Positions 26,547 through 34,416 of a stretch of 38,429 nt of DNA are shown here, piece by piece (positions within the stretch are counted from its first letter, which is position 1; each line of letters starts with the position of its first letter). Made by a program: the position numbers and the translations under genes. The notes below the pieces were generated by a model. It had not been told where the DNA came from, did not search any database, and was given only the letters and a program-made list of their open reading frames with translations. Origin of the DNA: a virus. The stretch is from positions 1-38,429 of IMG/VR virus record IMGVR_UViG_3300045988_155207; one strand, written 5' to 3'.

Positions 26547-26803
26547 TGAAGAAAAAAAACATCATAAATGACTTGTCCGTGTCTCGATTGTATACGGGGA
26601 AGGTCATAAGAAATAAGACAGAGTTGGACGACATTTTGAAAGAAGCAAATAAATTAGGTATTTCTTATGGAAAGTATAAGGCATTGCTATCATCGCCGCA
26701 GCTTTTAAAAGAAGTGATTGAAGCAAGAGGAATAGACATGCAAAAATGTAGTTCTGTTTTAGAAATGCGCAAAAAATTAAGAGAAACGGAGGTAAAAATA
26801 TGA
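26546..26803 (+). CDS. Hypothetical protein
   Basis: ATG at 26546 with GGAGG RBS. Confidence 0.45.
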   Translation: MKKKNIINDLSVSRLYTGKVIRNKTELDDILKEANKLGISYGKYKALLSSPQLLKEVIEARGIDMQKCSSVLEMRKKLRETEVKI

Positions 26804-27009
26804 TTTGTCCAAAATGTAAAAGTAATAGAGTTGCTGTTCAAGTAGTGTCCGAACAAAAAAAGAGAGGGTGTCTTGCCGCAACTCTTTGGATATTATTAGC
26901 ACTATGTACTTTTGGCATTATTCTTGTAGTCCCTTTATTGACTAAAAAAGGGAGCAAAACAAAAAATTATGCAATTTGCCAAAATTGCGGTCATAGGTGG
27001 AGGGTTTGA
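26800..27009 (+). CDS. Zinc-ribbon membrane protein
   Basis: 69 aa with CPKC...TM...CQNC. Confidence 0.5.
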   Translation: MICPKCKSNRVAVQVVSEQKKRGCLAATLWILLALCTFGIILVVPLLTKKGSKTKNYAICQNCGHRWRV

Positions 27010-27011
27010 CA

Positions 27012-27193
27012 TGGAAAAAAACTATAACTTGAAAGAGGCAGCGTACTTTTTGGGCATAAGTGTGAGGACGGTGCGTGAGTGGATACGCGCCGGAAAGCTC
27101 ACGGCTAAAAAGTATGTATGCAGAGGCGAACACGGAAAAAGTTGGTTTATTTCAGAAAGCGAGTTGGTTCGCGTTCAAAATTCAATGAAATAA
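27012..27193 (+). CDS. Excisionase/MerR-like HTH DNA-binding protein
   Basis: LKEAAYFLGISVRTVREWIRAGKL matches the HTH_17 pattern. Confidence 0.55.
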
Positions 27194-27222
27194 TATGTCG
27201 TAAAAAAAATGGAGCTAAAATA

Positions 27223-29520
27223 ATGAAAATATTTAATTATGACAATATTCCCACCGAGTTAAAAGTTCAAAAAAATTGGGTATGCTGGAGCAACGACAAG
27301 CTGCCGAAAAATCCGCACACAGGCGGTAATGCACAAAGCAACAACAAAAGCACTTGGGGAACATTTGACGAGGCGATAAAAGCCGTTGACAAATATGGCT
27401 TTGGCGGAGTGGGCTTTATGTTTGAACCGCCTTTTTTTGGTATAGATTTAGACAAGTGTCTTGATAGTGCAGAGTTCATCGAGGAGTTCGTCGAAACGCT
27501 GCAAAGCTATACAGAAATAAGCAAGAGCGGAAACGGTATTCACATAATCTGTAAGGGCACGCTCCCCGCTGGCGCAAAACGGCGCGGCAATGTGGAAATG
27601 TACAGCGAGCGGCGGTACTTCATTATGACGGGGAAACTATATTGCGATAAATATCGCAATATAGTAGATTGCACGGAAACGATAAAACCTCTCCACGCAA
27701 AATATCTTGGCGACAATACGCCCAAAGTTGCGCCGAAAATTGTAATGCCGATTGATATTTCTGACGAGGAAATTGTCGATAAAGCCCGCAGTTGCAAGAC
27801 GGGCGCAGCTTTTCAACTTTTGTATAGTGGCGGCTGGCAAGGCATTTACAACAGTCAAAGCGAGGCAGACCTTGCGCTTTGTAATCAGCTTGCATTTTGG
27901 ACGCAGCGTGACGCCGCACGAATGGATAGGATATTCCGCACAAGCGGTTTAATGCGTCCAAAATGGGACACAAAGCGCGGCGCGTACACCTATGGACAAC
28001 TTACCATAGAAAAGGCTATCGCGGCGTGTACGGACGTTTACGAGCCTAAAACGGTACAGGACGACACGAGCCTTGCTATTAGCTTTTTCCGAGACGGTAA
28101 AAGCCGTGTGGAAATGCCCAAAAACAACTACGATATGACCGACACGGGCAACGCTCAACGTATGCGCGACAAGTTCGTCGGCAATATCAAGTATTCGTTC
28201 GTTCATAAAAAGTGGTATTATTGGACGGGCAAAGTGTGGGCGGTTGACTACACCGGCGAGATTAAAAAACTTGCAGACGAGATTGTCAACGACATGAAGA
28301 AAGAGGCGTTTGCTCAAGACGATGAAGATGTGCGTGACGCTAAATTAAAGTGGGCGAACAAGACCGCTTCGTCAAGGGGCAAAGAGGCAATGATTAAAGA
28401 GTGCCAGCACCTTGACGGCATACCCGTACTGCCCGAAGAAATGGACGCGTACACGGATTATTTGAACGTGCAAAACGGTATCGTAAATCTGCGTAACGGC
28501 GAGTTAATGCCGCACGACAGCGCGTTTATGATGACAAAGTGCGGGTATGCCGAGTATGACAATACGAGTGGCAAACAGCCCGAATTATGGCTGAAATTCC
28601 TTGACGATATAACGGACGGCGACAAGGAAACGGTTGATTATTTGCAAAAATGTATAGGCTATTCACTTTCGGGAAGTGTTCGCGAACAGCAAGCATATGT
28701 TCTTTACGGTATAGGCAATAATGGCAAAAGCACATTTTTAGACACGATAAGCGAGCTGTTAGGCGGGTATGCGAGTAACGTACAGCCTGAAACGATTATG
28801 CTTCGAAGAAACGGTGACAGCGGCGCGAACAGCGATATAGCACGCCTGAAAAGCGCAAGGTTTGTCACGTCGGAAGAACCGACGGAAGGCGTGCGGCTTA
28901 ACGAGGGGCTTGTCAAACAACTTACGGGCGGTGGCAAAGTAACGTGCCGTTTCCTTTACGGCGATGAGTTCGAGTACGAGCCTGAATTTAAGATATGGAT
29001 TGCCACAAATCACAAGCCCGTTATCCGGGGGACAGATGTGGGTATTTGGCGCAGAATACGCCTTATACCTTTCGAGGTCAATATACCGAAAGAAAAGGTT
29101 GATAAAACGCTTAAATATAAGTTGCGCAAGGAATTGCCGCAAATCATGAAATGGGCGGTTGACGGCTGTATTAAGTGGCAGAAAGAGGGGCTTACGCCCC
29201 CTGCAAGGGTGGAGCAAGCCACTGGCGAATATAAAGCCGAAATGGACTTGCTGGCGGCGTTTTGTGACGCGTGTATCACGATTGATTATGTCAATGGCGA
29301 GCGCATATCCGCGACAGACCTTTTCTCGGTATATGCGGCATGGGCAAACAGCAACAATGAATTTGCGATGAGTTCGCGCAAGTTTTTTAACGAGGTGACG
29401 AAAAAGCTGCCCGAAAAGGTACGCGGGGGAAGCGGTATGTTTTATACAAAAATTCATTTGACGGACTATGCAAAAACATTTTTGCCGCGTAAAAACTATT
29501 CGATTGAGGACTTTAAGTGA
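27223..29520 (+). CDS. Bifunctional primase-polymerase / SF3 (P4-type) helicase
   Basis: ATG at 27223 with GGAG RBS. Prim-pol N-terminal domain. C-terminal Walker A GIGNNGKST with D5/P4-like region. Confidence 0.8.
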   Translation: MKIFNYDNIPTELKVQKNWVCWSNDKLPKNPHTGGNAQSNNKSTWGTFDEAIKAVDKYGFGGVGFMFEPPFFGIDLDKCLDSAEFIEEFVETLQSYTEISKSGNGIHIICKGTLPAGAKRRGNVEMYSERRYFIMTGKLYCDKYRNIVDCTETIKPLHAKYLGDNTPKVAPKIVMPIDISDEEIVDKARSCKTGAAFQLLYSGGWQGIYNSQSEADLALCNQLAFWTQRDAARMDRIFRTSGLMRPKWDTKRGAYTYGQLTIEKAIAACTDVYEPKTVQDDTSLAISFFRDGKSRVEMPKNNYDMTDTGNAQRMRDKFVGNIKYSFVHKKWYYWTGKVWAVDYTGEIKKLADEIVNDMKKEAFAQDDEDVRDAKLKWANKTASSRGKEAMIKECQHLDGIPVLPEEMDAYTDYLNVQNGIVNLRNGELMPHDSAFMMTKCGYAEYDNTSGKQPELWLKFLDDITDGDKETVDYLQKCIGYSLSGSVREQQAYVLYGIGNNGKSTFLDTISELLGGYASNVQPETIMLRRNGDSGANSDIARLKSARFVTSEEPTEGVRLNEGLVKQLTGGGKVTCRFLYGDEFEYEPEFKIWIATNHKPVIRGTDVGIWRRIRLIPFEVNIPKEKVDKTLKYKLRKELPQIMKWAVDGCIKWQKEGLTPPARVEQATGEYKAEMDLLAAFCDACITIDYVNGERISATDLFSVYAAWANSNNEFAMSSRKFFNEVTKKLPEKVRGGSGMFYTKIHLTDYAKTFLPRKNYSIEDFK

Positions 29521-30317
29521 TGAACATTTTTAATCTTTCGTTCGGTAAAGATAGTATGGCGACACTTATTCTTGCCGCCGAGCAAGGCATACCGATTGAC
29601 CGCGTTATGTATTGCGATATTCGGTTTAATAACGAAATAAGCGGCGAACACCCGCTTATGGCAGAGTGGATACCGACGGCGGAGCGGATATTGAAAGAGC
29701 GGTTTGGGATAACCGTTGAACACACGTTTGGCAAAACTTATTTGGAGGCATTTTATACTGTAAAAAAAACTGGGAGATTTTCTGGCAAAATTTACGGTTT
29801 TCCATATATTCGTGGCGCTTGGTGTAACCATATATTAAAATTAAATGCAATATCAAAATATCTTTCTCAATTCAAGAAACAAACAATAACTCAATTCGTG
29901 GGTATCGCATGTGATGAGCCACGGCGTTGGGAAAGAATGAAAGCGAAAGAAAATTCTCGAAAAAAGTATCGTTCGCTTCTTGTTGAACAAAACCTCACCG
30001 AGCAAGACGCTTTTCGTATTTGCAAAAAATACGGGCTTCTTTCTCCGTTATACAAAAGCAATGACAGCATATTCCGTGGTGGTTGTTGGTTTTGTCCGAA
30101 ACAATGTAGTGCGGATTTATATAGCCTTTGGAAAAACTATCCCGATTATTATCAAAAACTTGTTGATATTGAAAATGACAGCAGGATTATTAACAAATTC
30201 AAGCCCGACGGCAATCCGTCCGATTATGCCAAACGCTTTGAAGCGGGTTATGTGCCGAAACGGAGAAAGAAACAGCAGACGTCCGAACAGCTGGATATGT
30301 TTAAGGACTTCAAATAA
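29520..30317 (+). CDS. PAPS-reductase-like PP-loop protein, paralog 1
   Basis: SFGKDS PP-loop and a C-terminal GGCWFCPKQC motif. Paralog of 33613-34416. Confidence 0.65.
   Translation: MNIFNLSFGKDSMATLILAAEQGIPIDRVMYCDIRFNNEISGEHPLMAEWIPTAERILKERFGITVEHTFGKTYLEAFYTVKKTGRFSGKIYGFPYIRGAWCNHILKLNAISKYLSQFKKQTITQFVGIACDEPRRWERMKAKENSRKKYRSLLVEQNLTEQDAFRICKKYGLLSPLYKSNDSIFRGGCWFCPKQCSADLYSLWKNYPDYYQKLVDIENDSRIINKFKPDGNPSDYAKRFEAGYVPKRRKKQQTSEQLDMFKDFK
29547..29611 (+). repeat. 65-nt segment 100% identical to 33640-33704 (within about 170 nt of roughly 90% identity)
   Basis: Direct sequence comparison of the 5' ends of the two paralogs. Confidence 0.8.
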
Positions 30318-30396
30318 ACGCACGAAAACGCACGCGTGTGTTTTATAATCGCACGCGTGCATTTATAAAATTTTATCAAAAAATATAAAAAAATGA

Positions 30397-30425
30397 TTGA
30401 CAAATAAAGCGGAATAAAGTATAAT
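30397..30425 (+). promoter_or_regulatory. Promoter TTGACA (30397-30402)-17-TATAAT (30420-30425) with A-tract UP
   Basis: Perfect consensus. Confidence 0.65.
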
Positions 30426-30456
30426 ATACTTACAATAAAGGTTAAGGAGATAAGAA

Positions 30457-30642
30457 ATGTTTAAGTTGACTTTTTTTGTAAAGGCAGACGGTTGGATTGG
30501 CGGAGGATATGAGAATGTCCATTACTTTAGAACGAAGCGCGAATCGAAAGAGTGGCTGAAGAAGCCGTGGAACGCTTGCTGCTCGCTTATTTCGCTTGAA
30601 TATGTGAGTATGAAAGAAGCGGCAAGAGATATTATTCTGTGA
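30457..30642 (+). CDS. Small hypothetical protein
   Basis: 61 aa, AAGGAG RBS. Confidence 0.45.
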   Translation: MFKLTFFVKADGWIGGGYENVHYFRTKRESKEWLKKPWNACCSLISLEYVSMKEAARDIIL

Positions 30643-30665
30643 TATTATTCTATAAGGAGTAAAAA

Positions 30666-30851
30666 ATGACAAAGCAAGAAAAGTTGATAATTTGGTACAC
30701 GCAAAGGCTTGAAAAAGTAAAAGCCGCGTATGCTGGGGATTGGCGCAAAGATGAGTATATCGCAGCGGCTGAAAAAGACCTCGAAGAAGTAAAAAACGGC
30801 AGAAACTGGCACGAGCTTGTGATAAATACAGTAAAGGAGGCAGAGGTTTGA
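30666..30851 (+). CDS. Small hypothetical protein
   Basis: 61 aa, AAGGAG RBS. Confidence 0.45.
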   Translation: MTKQEKLIIWYTQRLEKVKAAYAGDWRKDEYIAAAEKDLEEVKNGRNWHELVINTVKEAEV

Positions 30852-30852
30852 T

Positions 30853-31173
30853 ATGAAAACACGCGAAGAACAGATTGAGGAAATGGCGAAAGCAATGTGC
30901 GAAGAATACGACACGGACATTTGCAAACACGAATGTCCAATGGCTACGGATTGCGCCAACATACTTATAGCAAAAAGGCTTATCGCCGCAGGCTACCGCA
31001 AGCAGAGCGAGGTGGCGAAGGAGTTTGTAGATAGGTTAATCTTAGAACTTATAGCGTTAAGAAGCGAGGAATTTGACGGAAAGGAGCTGGCGATAAATGG
31101 GAAAACCTATAAATATTTGGTTATGAGAGCAAAAGAAATTGCCGCTGAGTACGGCGTGGAGGTGGAAGAATGA
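30853..31173 (+). CDS. Hypothetical Cys-containing protein
   Basis: 106 aa. Confidence 0.45.
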   Translation: MKTREEQIEEMAKAMCEEYDTDICKHECPMATDCANILIAKRLIAAGYRKQSEVAKEFVDRLILELIALRSEEFDGKELAINGKTYKYLVMRAKEIAAEYGVEVEE

Positions 31174-31562
31174 AAACAATTAACGAAATTTTGGAGAATT
31201 ACAAGGAATACGAAACTTTTCTTGATGATAGATTCGGTATAAGACTTTGCAATTTCTTGACAGTAGAACAAGCGGAAAGAATCGGATTTACTTTCAAAGA
31301 TGAGTATAAAGATAAACACGTCCCAAAAGAATGGACGGAAGAAAATATAATAGAACAATTAAAAGAAGATATTCTTTTTGGTTGGGAAAAGGCTTGCGAT
31401 GAAAGGGGTATTTCCGCTAATCTTATGTATGAGGTTGTAAAAACTTGGTGTAAAGTTTTAGAAAATGAATATAAAGATTTTAATGCTTATGCGCCATACG
31501 GGAAGCCTTTGTTTAGAGCAGTTGCAAAAAAGTATAGTATAGAATTGGAGGACGAAGAATGA
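31170..31562 (+). CDS. Hypothetical protein
   Basis: 130 aa. Confidence 0.45.
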   Translation: MKTINEILENYKEYETFLDDRFGIRLCNFLTVEQAERIGFTFKDEYKDKHVPKEWTEENIIEQLKEDILFGWEKACDERGISANLMYEVVKTWCKVLENEYKDFNAYAPYGKPLFRAVAKKYSIELEDEE

Positions 31563-31642
31563 AAGCAGTTTTAATGAGCATAAAGCATAAGTGGTGCGAG
31601 CTGATATTCGGCGGCGCGAAAGACGGCAATCAAGCGTCGTAA
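31559..31642 (+). pseudogene. Truncated ASCH-domain-like gene remnant (27 codons)
   Basis: MKAVLMSIKHKWCELIFGGAKDG resembles the ASCH N-terminus (MKALLLSIKPEYAEKIF..G.K). GGAGG RBS. Stops after 27 aa and is followed by a promoter. Confidence 0.35.
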
Positions 31643-31657
31643 AAAATAAAAAAATTA

Positions 31658-31686
31658 TTGACATTTTAACGGAGGTAAAGTAAAAT
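31658..31686 (+). promoter_or_regulatory. Promoter TTGACA (31658-31663)-17-TAAAAT (31681-31686)
   Basis: Consensus -35, good -10, A-tract UP. Confidence 0.6.
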
Positions 31687-31692
31687 AAAGGT

Positions 31693-32277
31693 ATGGAACA
31701 GTTCAACATTGAATGGAAAGATATTGCAAGCGTAAAACCTTACGCCCGCAACGCAAAGAAGCACGATGAAACGCAGATTGCAAACGTTGCCGAGAGTATC
31801 AAGCAATTCGGCTGGCAGCAGCCTATCGTATGTGACGCGGACGGCATTATCATTATCGGGCATTGCCGCCTTTTAGCGGCGAAAAAACTCGGGTTGAAGA
31901 AAGTACCCGTCAAGACTGCGGATAACCTTTCCGACGAACAGGTCAAAAAGCTGCGCGCGCTCGATAACAAGCTGAACGAGAGCGACTGGGACTTTGACTT
32001 GCTCGCCGATGATATAGGCGAACTTGACTTTTCGGGCTTTGATATTGACTGGGGAATTGTTTCTCCTGATGATTACGGTGAAAGTTTTGAATTGCCTGAC
32101 GGCGATAAAAGCGAAATATGCCAAATGACATTTACTCTTCATGAGAGGCAAGCCGAATTGATAAAAGAGGCAATGAAAAACGTAAAAGATGATATAACGG
32201 AAACTTTTGGTAATACGAATAGCAACGGAAATGCTCTTTATGAGGTGGTTCGGCAATGGGCAGAGCAAAGGAAATAA
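31693..32277 (+). CDS. ParB N-terminal (ParB-like nuclease) domain protein
   Basis: 194 aa. ...KPYARNAKKHDETQIANVAESIKQFGWQQPIVCDADGIIIIGHCRLLAAKKLG... Confidence 0.7.
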   Translation: MEQFNIEWKDIASVKPYARNAKKHDETQIANVAESIKQFGWQQPIVCDADGIIIIGHCRLLAAKKLGLKKVPVKTADNLSDEQVKKLRALDNKLNESDWDFDLLADDIGELDFSGFDIDWGIVSPDDYGESFELPDGDKSEICQMTFTLHERQAELIKEAMKNVKDDITETFGNTNSNGNALYEVVRQWAEQRK

Positions 32278-33002
32278 TTGTAAAGGTAATTCCTCGAAAT
32301 TTAGCAAATGACTTTATTGTAAAACATCATTATTCTCATAAATATATGCAATCAAGTCAAGTACATTTCGGAGTTTTTTGGGGAAATAATTTACATGGTG
32401 TTATGCAATTTGGAAGCTGTATTGACAGAAAAAAAATGCAAACTCTTGTAAGTGATTGCGAATGGACTTCTTTTTTAGAATTAAATCGTATGGCGTTTGA
32501 TGACGTTTTGCCCCCAAATAGTGAAAGCAGGGCAATTTCGATTGCTATTAAATTATTAAAAAAATATGCTCCTCAAGTAAAATGGATTATTTCTTTTGCA
32601 GACGGGTGTTCCTGTGGAGATGGCACAATTTATCGTGCAAGCGGATTTGTTTTGACGGATATAAAAAAGAATTTTAATCTTTGTGAATTGCCAAATGGAG
32701 AAAAAATACATAAATTGACGCTTGAAAATAATCCAAATCAGCCAAGAAAAGAGTTAAATGGTAAAAGTTATTATGAAATTACAAGTGGAAAATATTCTTT
32801 TAAAAAATATGTTCAAGTAGCCAACGCAAAAATACTTGAAGGGTATCAATTCAGATACATTTATTTTATCGATAAATCATATAAAAAGCGGCTGACGGTG
32901 CCTATTATTCCGTTTTCCGAAATAGACAAAATCGGCGCGGGAATGTATAAGGGAGAAAAAGTAAGCCGAGAAGAACGGCACAATAAAAAGCACTCCGAAT
33001 AA
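32256..33002 (+). CDS. Mom-like (GNAT-fold) DNA-modification protein (putative)
   Basis: 248 aa, very AT-rich. N-terminal KHHYSHK...FGVFW.NNLHGVMQFGS and WIISFADGCSCGDGTIYRASGF resemble the Mom adenine-carbamoylmethylation family. This is a recollection of a pattern, not verified. Confidence 0.45.
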   Translation: MGRAKEIIVKVIPRNLANDFIVKHHYSHKYMQSSQVHFGVFWGNNLHGVMQFGSCIDRKKMQTLVSDCEWTSFLELNRMAFDDVLPPNSESRAISIAIKLLKKYAPQVKWIISFADGCSCGDGTIYRASGFVLTDIKKNFNLCELPNGEKIHKLTLENNPNQPRKELNGKSYYEITSGKYSFKKYVQVANAKILEGYQFRYIYFIDKSYKKRLTVPIIPFSEIDKIGAGMYKGEKVSREERHNKKHSE

Positions 33003-33014
33003 ACGAAGTGCTTT
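32981..33014 (-). terminator. Minus-strand rho-independent terminator (8-bp stem AAAGCACT/AGTGCTTT, then UUUUUAUUG in the minus-strand transcript)
   Basis: The U-run exists only in the minus orientation. Sits immediately 3' of the tRNA-like gene. The stop codon of the Mom-like gene lies in the loop. Confidence 0.5.
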
Positions 33015-33017
33015 GCG

Positions 33018-33092
33018 TGGAGCGTACAGGTCGGAGTTGAACCGCCTTAAACTTACAGGAATGCAAGCGCATTAACGATATGCTATGTACGC
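33018..33092 (-). ncRNA. tRNA-like RNA gene (cloverleaf-compatible, CCA encoded; atypical anticodon and T arms)
   Basis: On the minus strand there is a perfect 7-bp acceptor stem GCGTACA/TGTACGC, a discriminator U and an encoded CCA. U8 and A14 are present. The D-stem is GCAT/ATGC. The anticodon stem is CTTGC/GTAAG with a 6-nt loop ATTCCT. The T-stem is GGCGG/CCG(A)CC with a bulged A, and the T-loop is TTCAACT. The element is 75 nt long. Confidence 0.45.
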
Positions 33093-33105
33093 ATATGATA
33101 TTATA

Positions 33106-33134
33106 ATTATAGCGCAAAATTTTTATTTTGTCAA
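33106..33134 (-). promoter_or_regulatory. Minus-strand consensus promoter (TTGACA = rc of 33129-33134; 17-bp spacer; TATAAT = rc of 33106-33111)
   Basis: Perfect hexamers on the minus strand. The predicted transcription start is about 6 nt upstream of the tRNA-like 5' end. Confidence 0.6.
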
Positions 33135-33152
33135 TAAAAAAGAGGTGGTTTT

Positions 33153-33626
33153 TTGGCGCGTAAACAGGACGAAAACCTTATTCCGAATAGTCAAAGAAGT
33201 CCGAGCGAAGTTCGAGCAAACAGCTCAAAAGGCGGAATAAAAAGCGGACAGGTACGGCGGCAGAAAAAAACCGTTGCCGAATATCTCCGAAAATGGGCGG
33301 ACGGAGAGGTCAGCGAAAAGAATAAAAAGGCGTTAGAAGCGTTGGGTTTGAGTGAAGAAGCCACGAACCGAACGCTTCTCGTCGTGCCGTTGATAAAAAA
33401 GGCAAGCAGCGGCGACACAAAAGCCCTGCAAATGGCGTTGGAGCTTTTGGGCGAAGATAAGAAGAAAGAACTCGAAATTAAGAAGCTACGGCGCGAAATT
33501 GAGTTGTTAAAAGCCGAAACGCAAAAGTTGCGTATGATGACGGGCGAGGACAGGGAGGTCGAGGACTTAACCGCGCTCGGGGATATGTTGCGGGTAGATA
33601 GTGAGGACGACGATGAACATATTTAA
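33153..33626 (+). CDS. Terminase small subunit (putative)
   Basis: 157 aa with TTG start and AGAGGTGG RBS. Basic N-terminus and coiled-coil C-terminus. Positioned immediately upstream of the packaging genes. Confidence 0.45.
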   Translation: MARKQDENLIPNSQRSPSEVRANSSKGGIKSGQVRRQKKTVAEYLRKWADGEVSEKNKKALEALGLSEEATNRTLLVVPLIKKASSGDTKALQMALELLGEDKKKELEIKKLRREIELLKAETQKLRMMTGEDREVEDLTALGDMLRVDSEDDDEHI

Positions 33627-34416
33627 TTTATCATTTGGAAAAGATAGTATGGCGACACTTATTCTTGCCGCCGAGCAAGGCATACCGATTGACCGCGTTA
33701 TGTACTGCGAAATTAAGTTTAATGACGAAATAAGCGGCGAGCACCCTCTTATGGCGGAATGGATTCCGACCGCAGAAAGGCGGCTGAAAGAGTTATTCGG
33801 CATAACGGTTGACCACGCGTATAGCGGAGTGAGCTTTGAGGAGCAATTTTACAAGGTCAAACAAAAAGGTAATCACGCAGGGGATAGGTATGGCTTTCCG
33901 TATGTTGTAGGCGCGTGGTGTAATGACAGGTTAAAGCTGGGTGCGATAAGCAAATATCAGGCGCAGTTTGGCAATAACAGAATCACACAATTCGTCGGAA
34001 TTGCCTATGACGAGCCTATCCGTTGGGAACGTATGAAGAAGAAAGAAACGGAAAAATGCAAATACCGCTCTCTGCTCGTCGAGCAAAACCTTACTGAACA
34101 AGACGCGTTTGAGATATGCAAGCGTTATGACCTATTATCGCCGATATACAGCGTAGACGGAATATATCGCGGCGGTTGCTGGTTTTGCCCGAAACAATGT
34201 CTTGCCGATTTGCATAGCCTGTGGAAGAATTATCCTAAACTATGGCAAAAATTATGCGATATTGAGCCTGAAAGCCATAATACTTTTAAGCCGAATTGTA
34301 CACTTGCAGAATTACAAGCACGGTTTGAGAATGGATATATCCCAAAACGTAAAAAAGTAAAACAAAATTTTATACAAACAAGTATGTTTGACTATGAAAA
34401 AAACACAGACGATTGA
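33613..34416 (+). CDS. PAPS-reductase-like PP-loop protein, paralog 2
   Basis: ATG at 33613. Same SFGKDS and GGCWFCPKQC motifs, and a nearly identical N-terminal 60 aa to paralog 1. Confidence 0.65.
   Translation: MNIFNLSFGKDSMATLILAAEQGIPIDRVMYCEIKFNDEISGEHPLMAEWIPTAERRLKELFGITVDHAYSGVSFEEQFYKVKQKGNHAGDRYGFPYVVGAWCNDRLKLGAISKYQAQFGNNRITQFVGIAYDEPIRWERMKKKETEKCKYRSLLVEQNLTEQDAFEICKRYDLLSPIYSVDGIYRGGCWFCPKQCLADLHSLWKNYPKLWQKLCDIEPESHNTFKPNCTLAELQARFENGYIPKRKKVKQNFIQTSMFDYEKNTDD

Noticed and set aside
33079-33107. A + strand promoter for terS using TATAAT at 33102-33107
   Set aside because: The corresponding -35 region (TATGCT) is poor at any spacing. The excellent promoter at this locus is on the minus strand.
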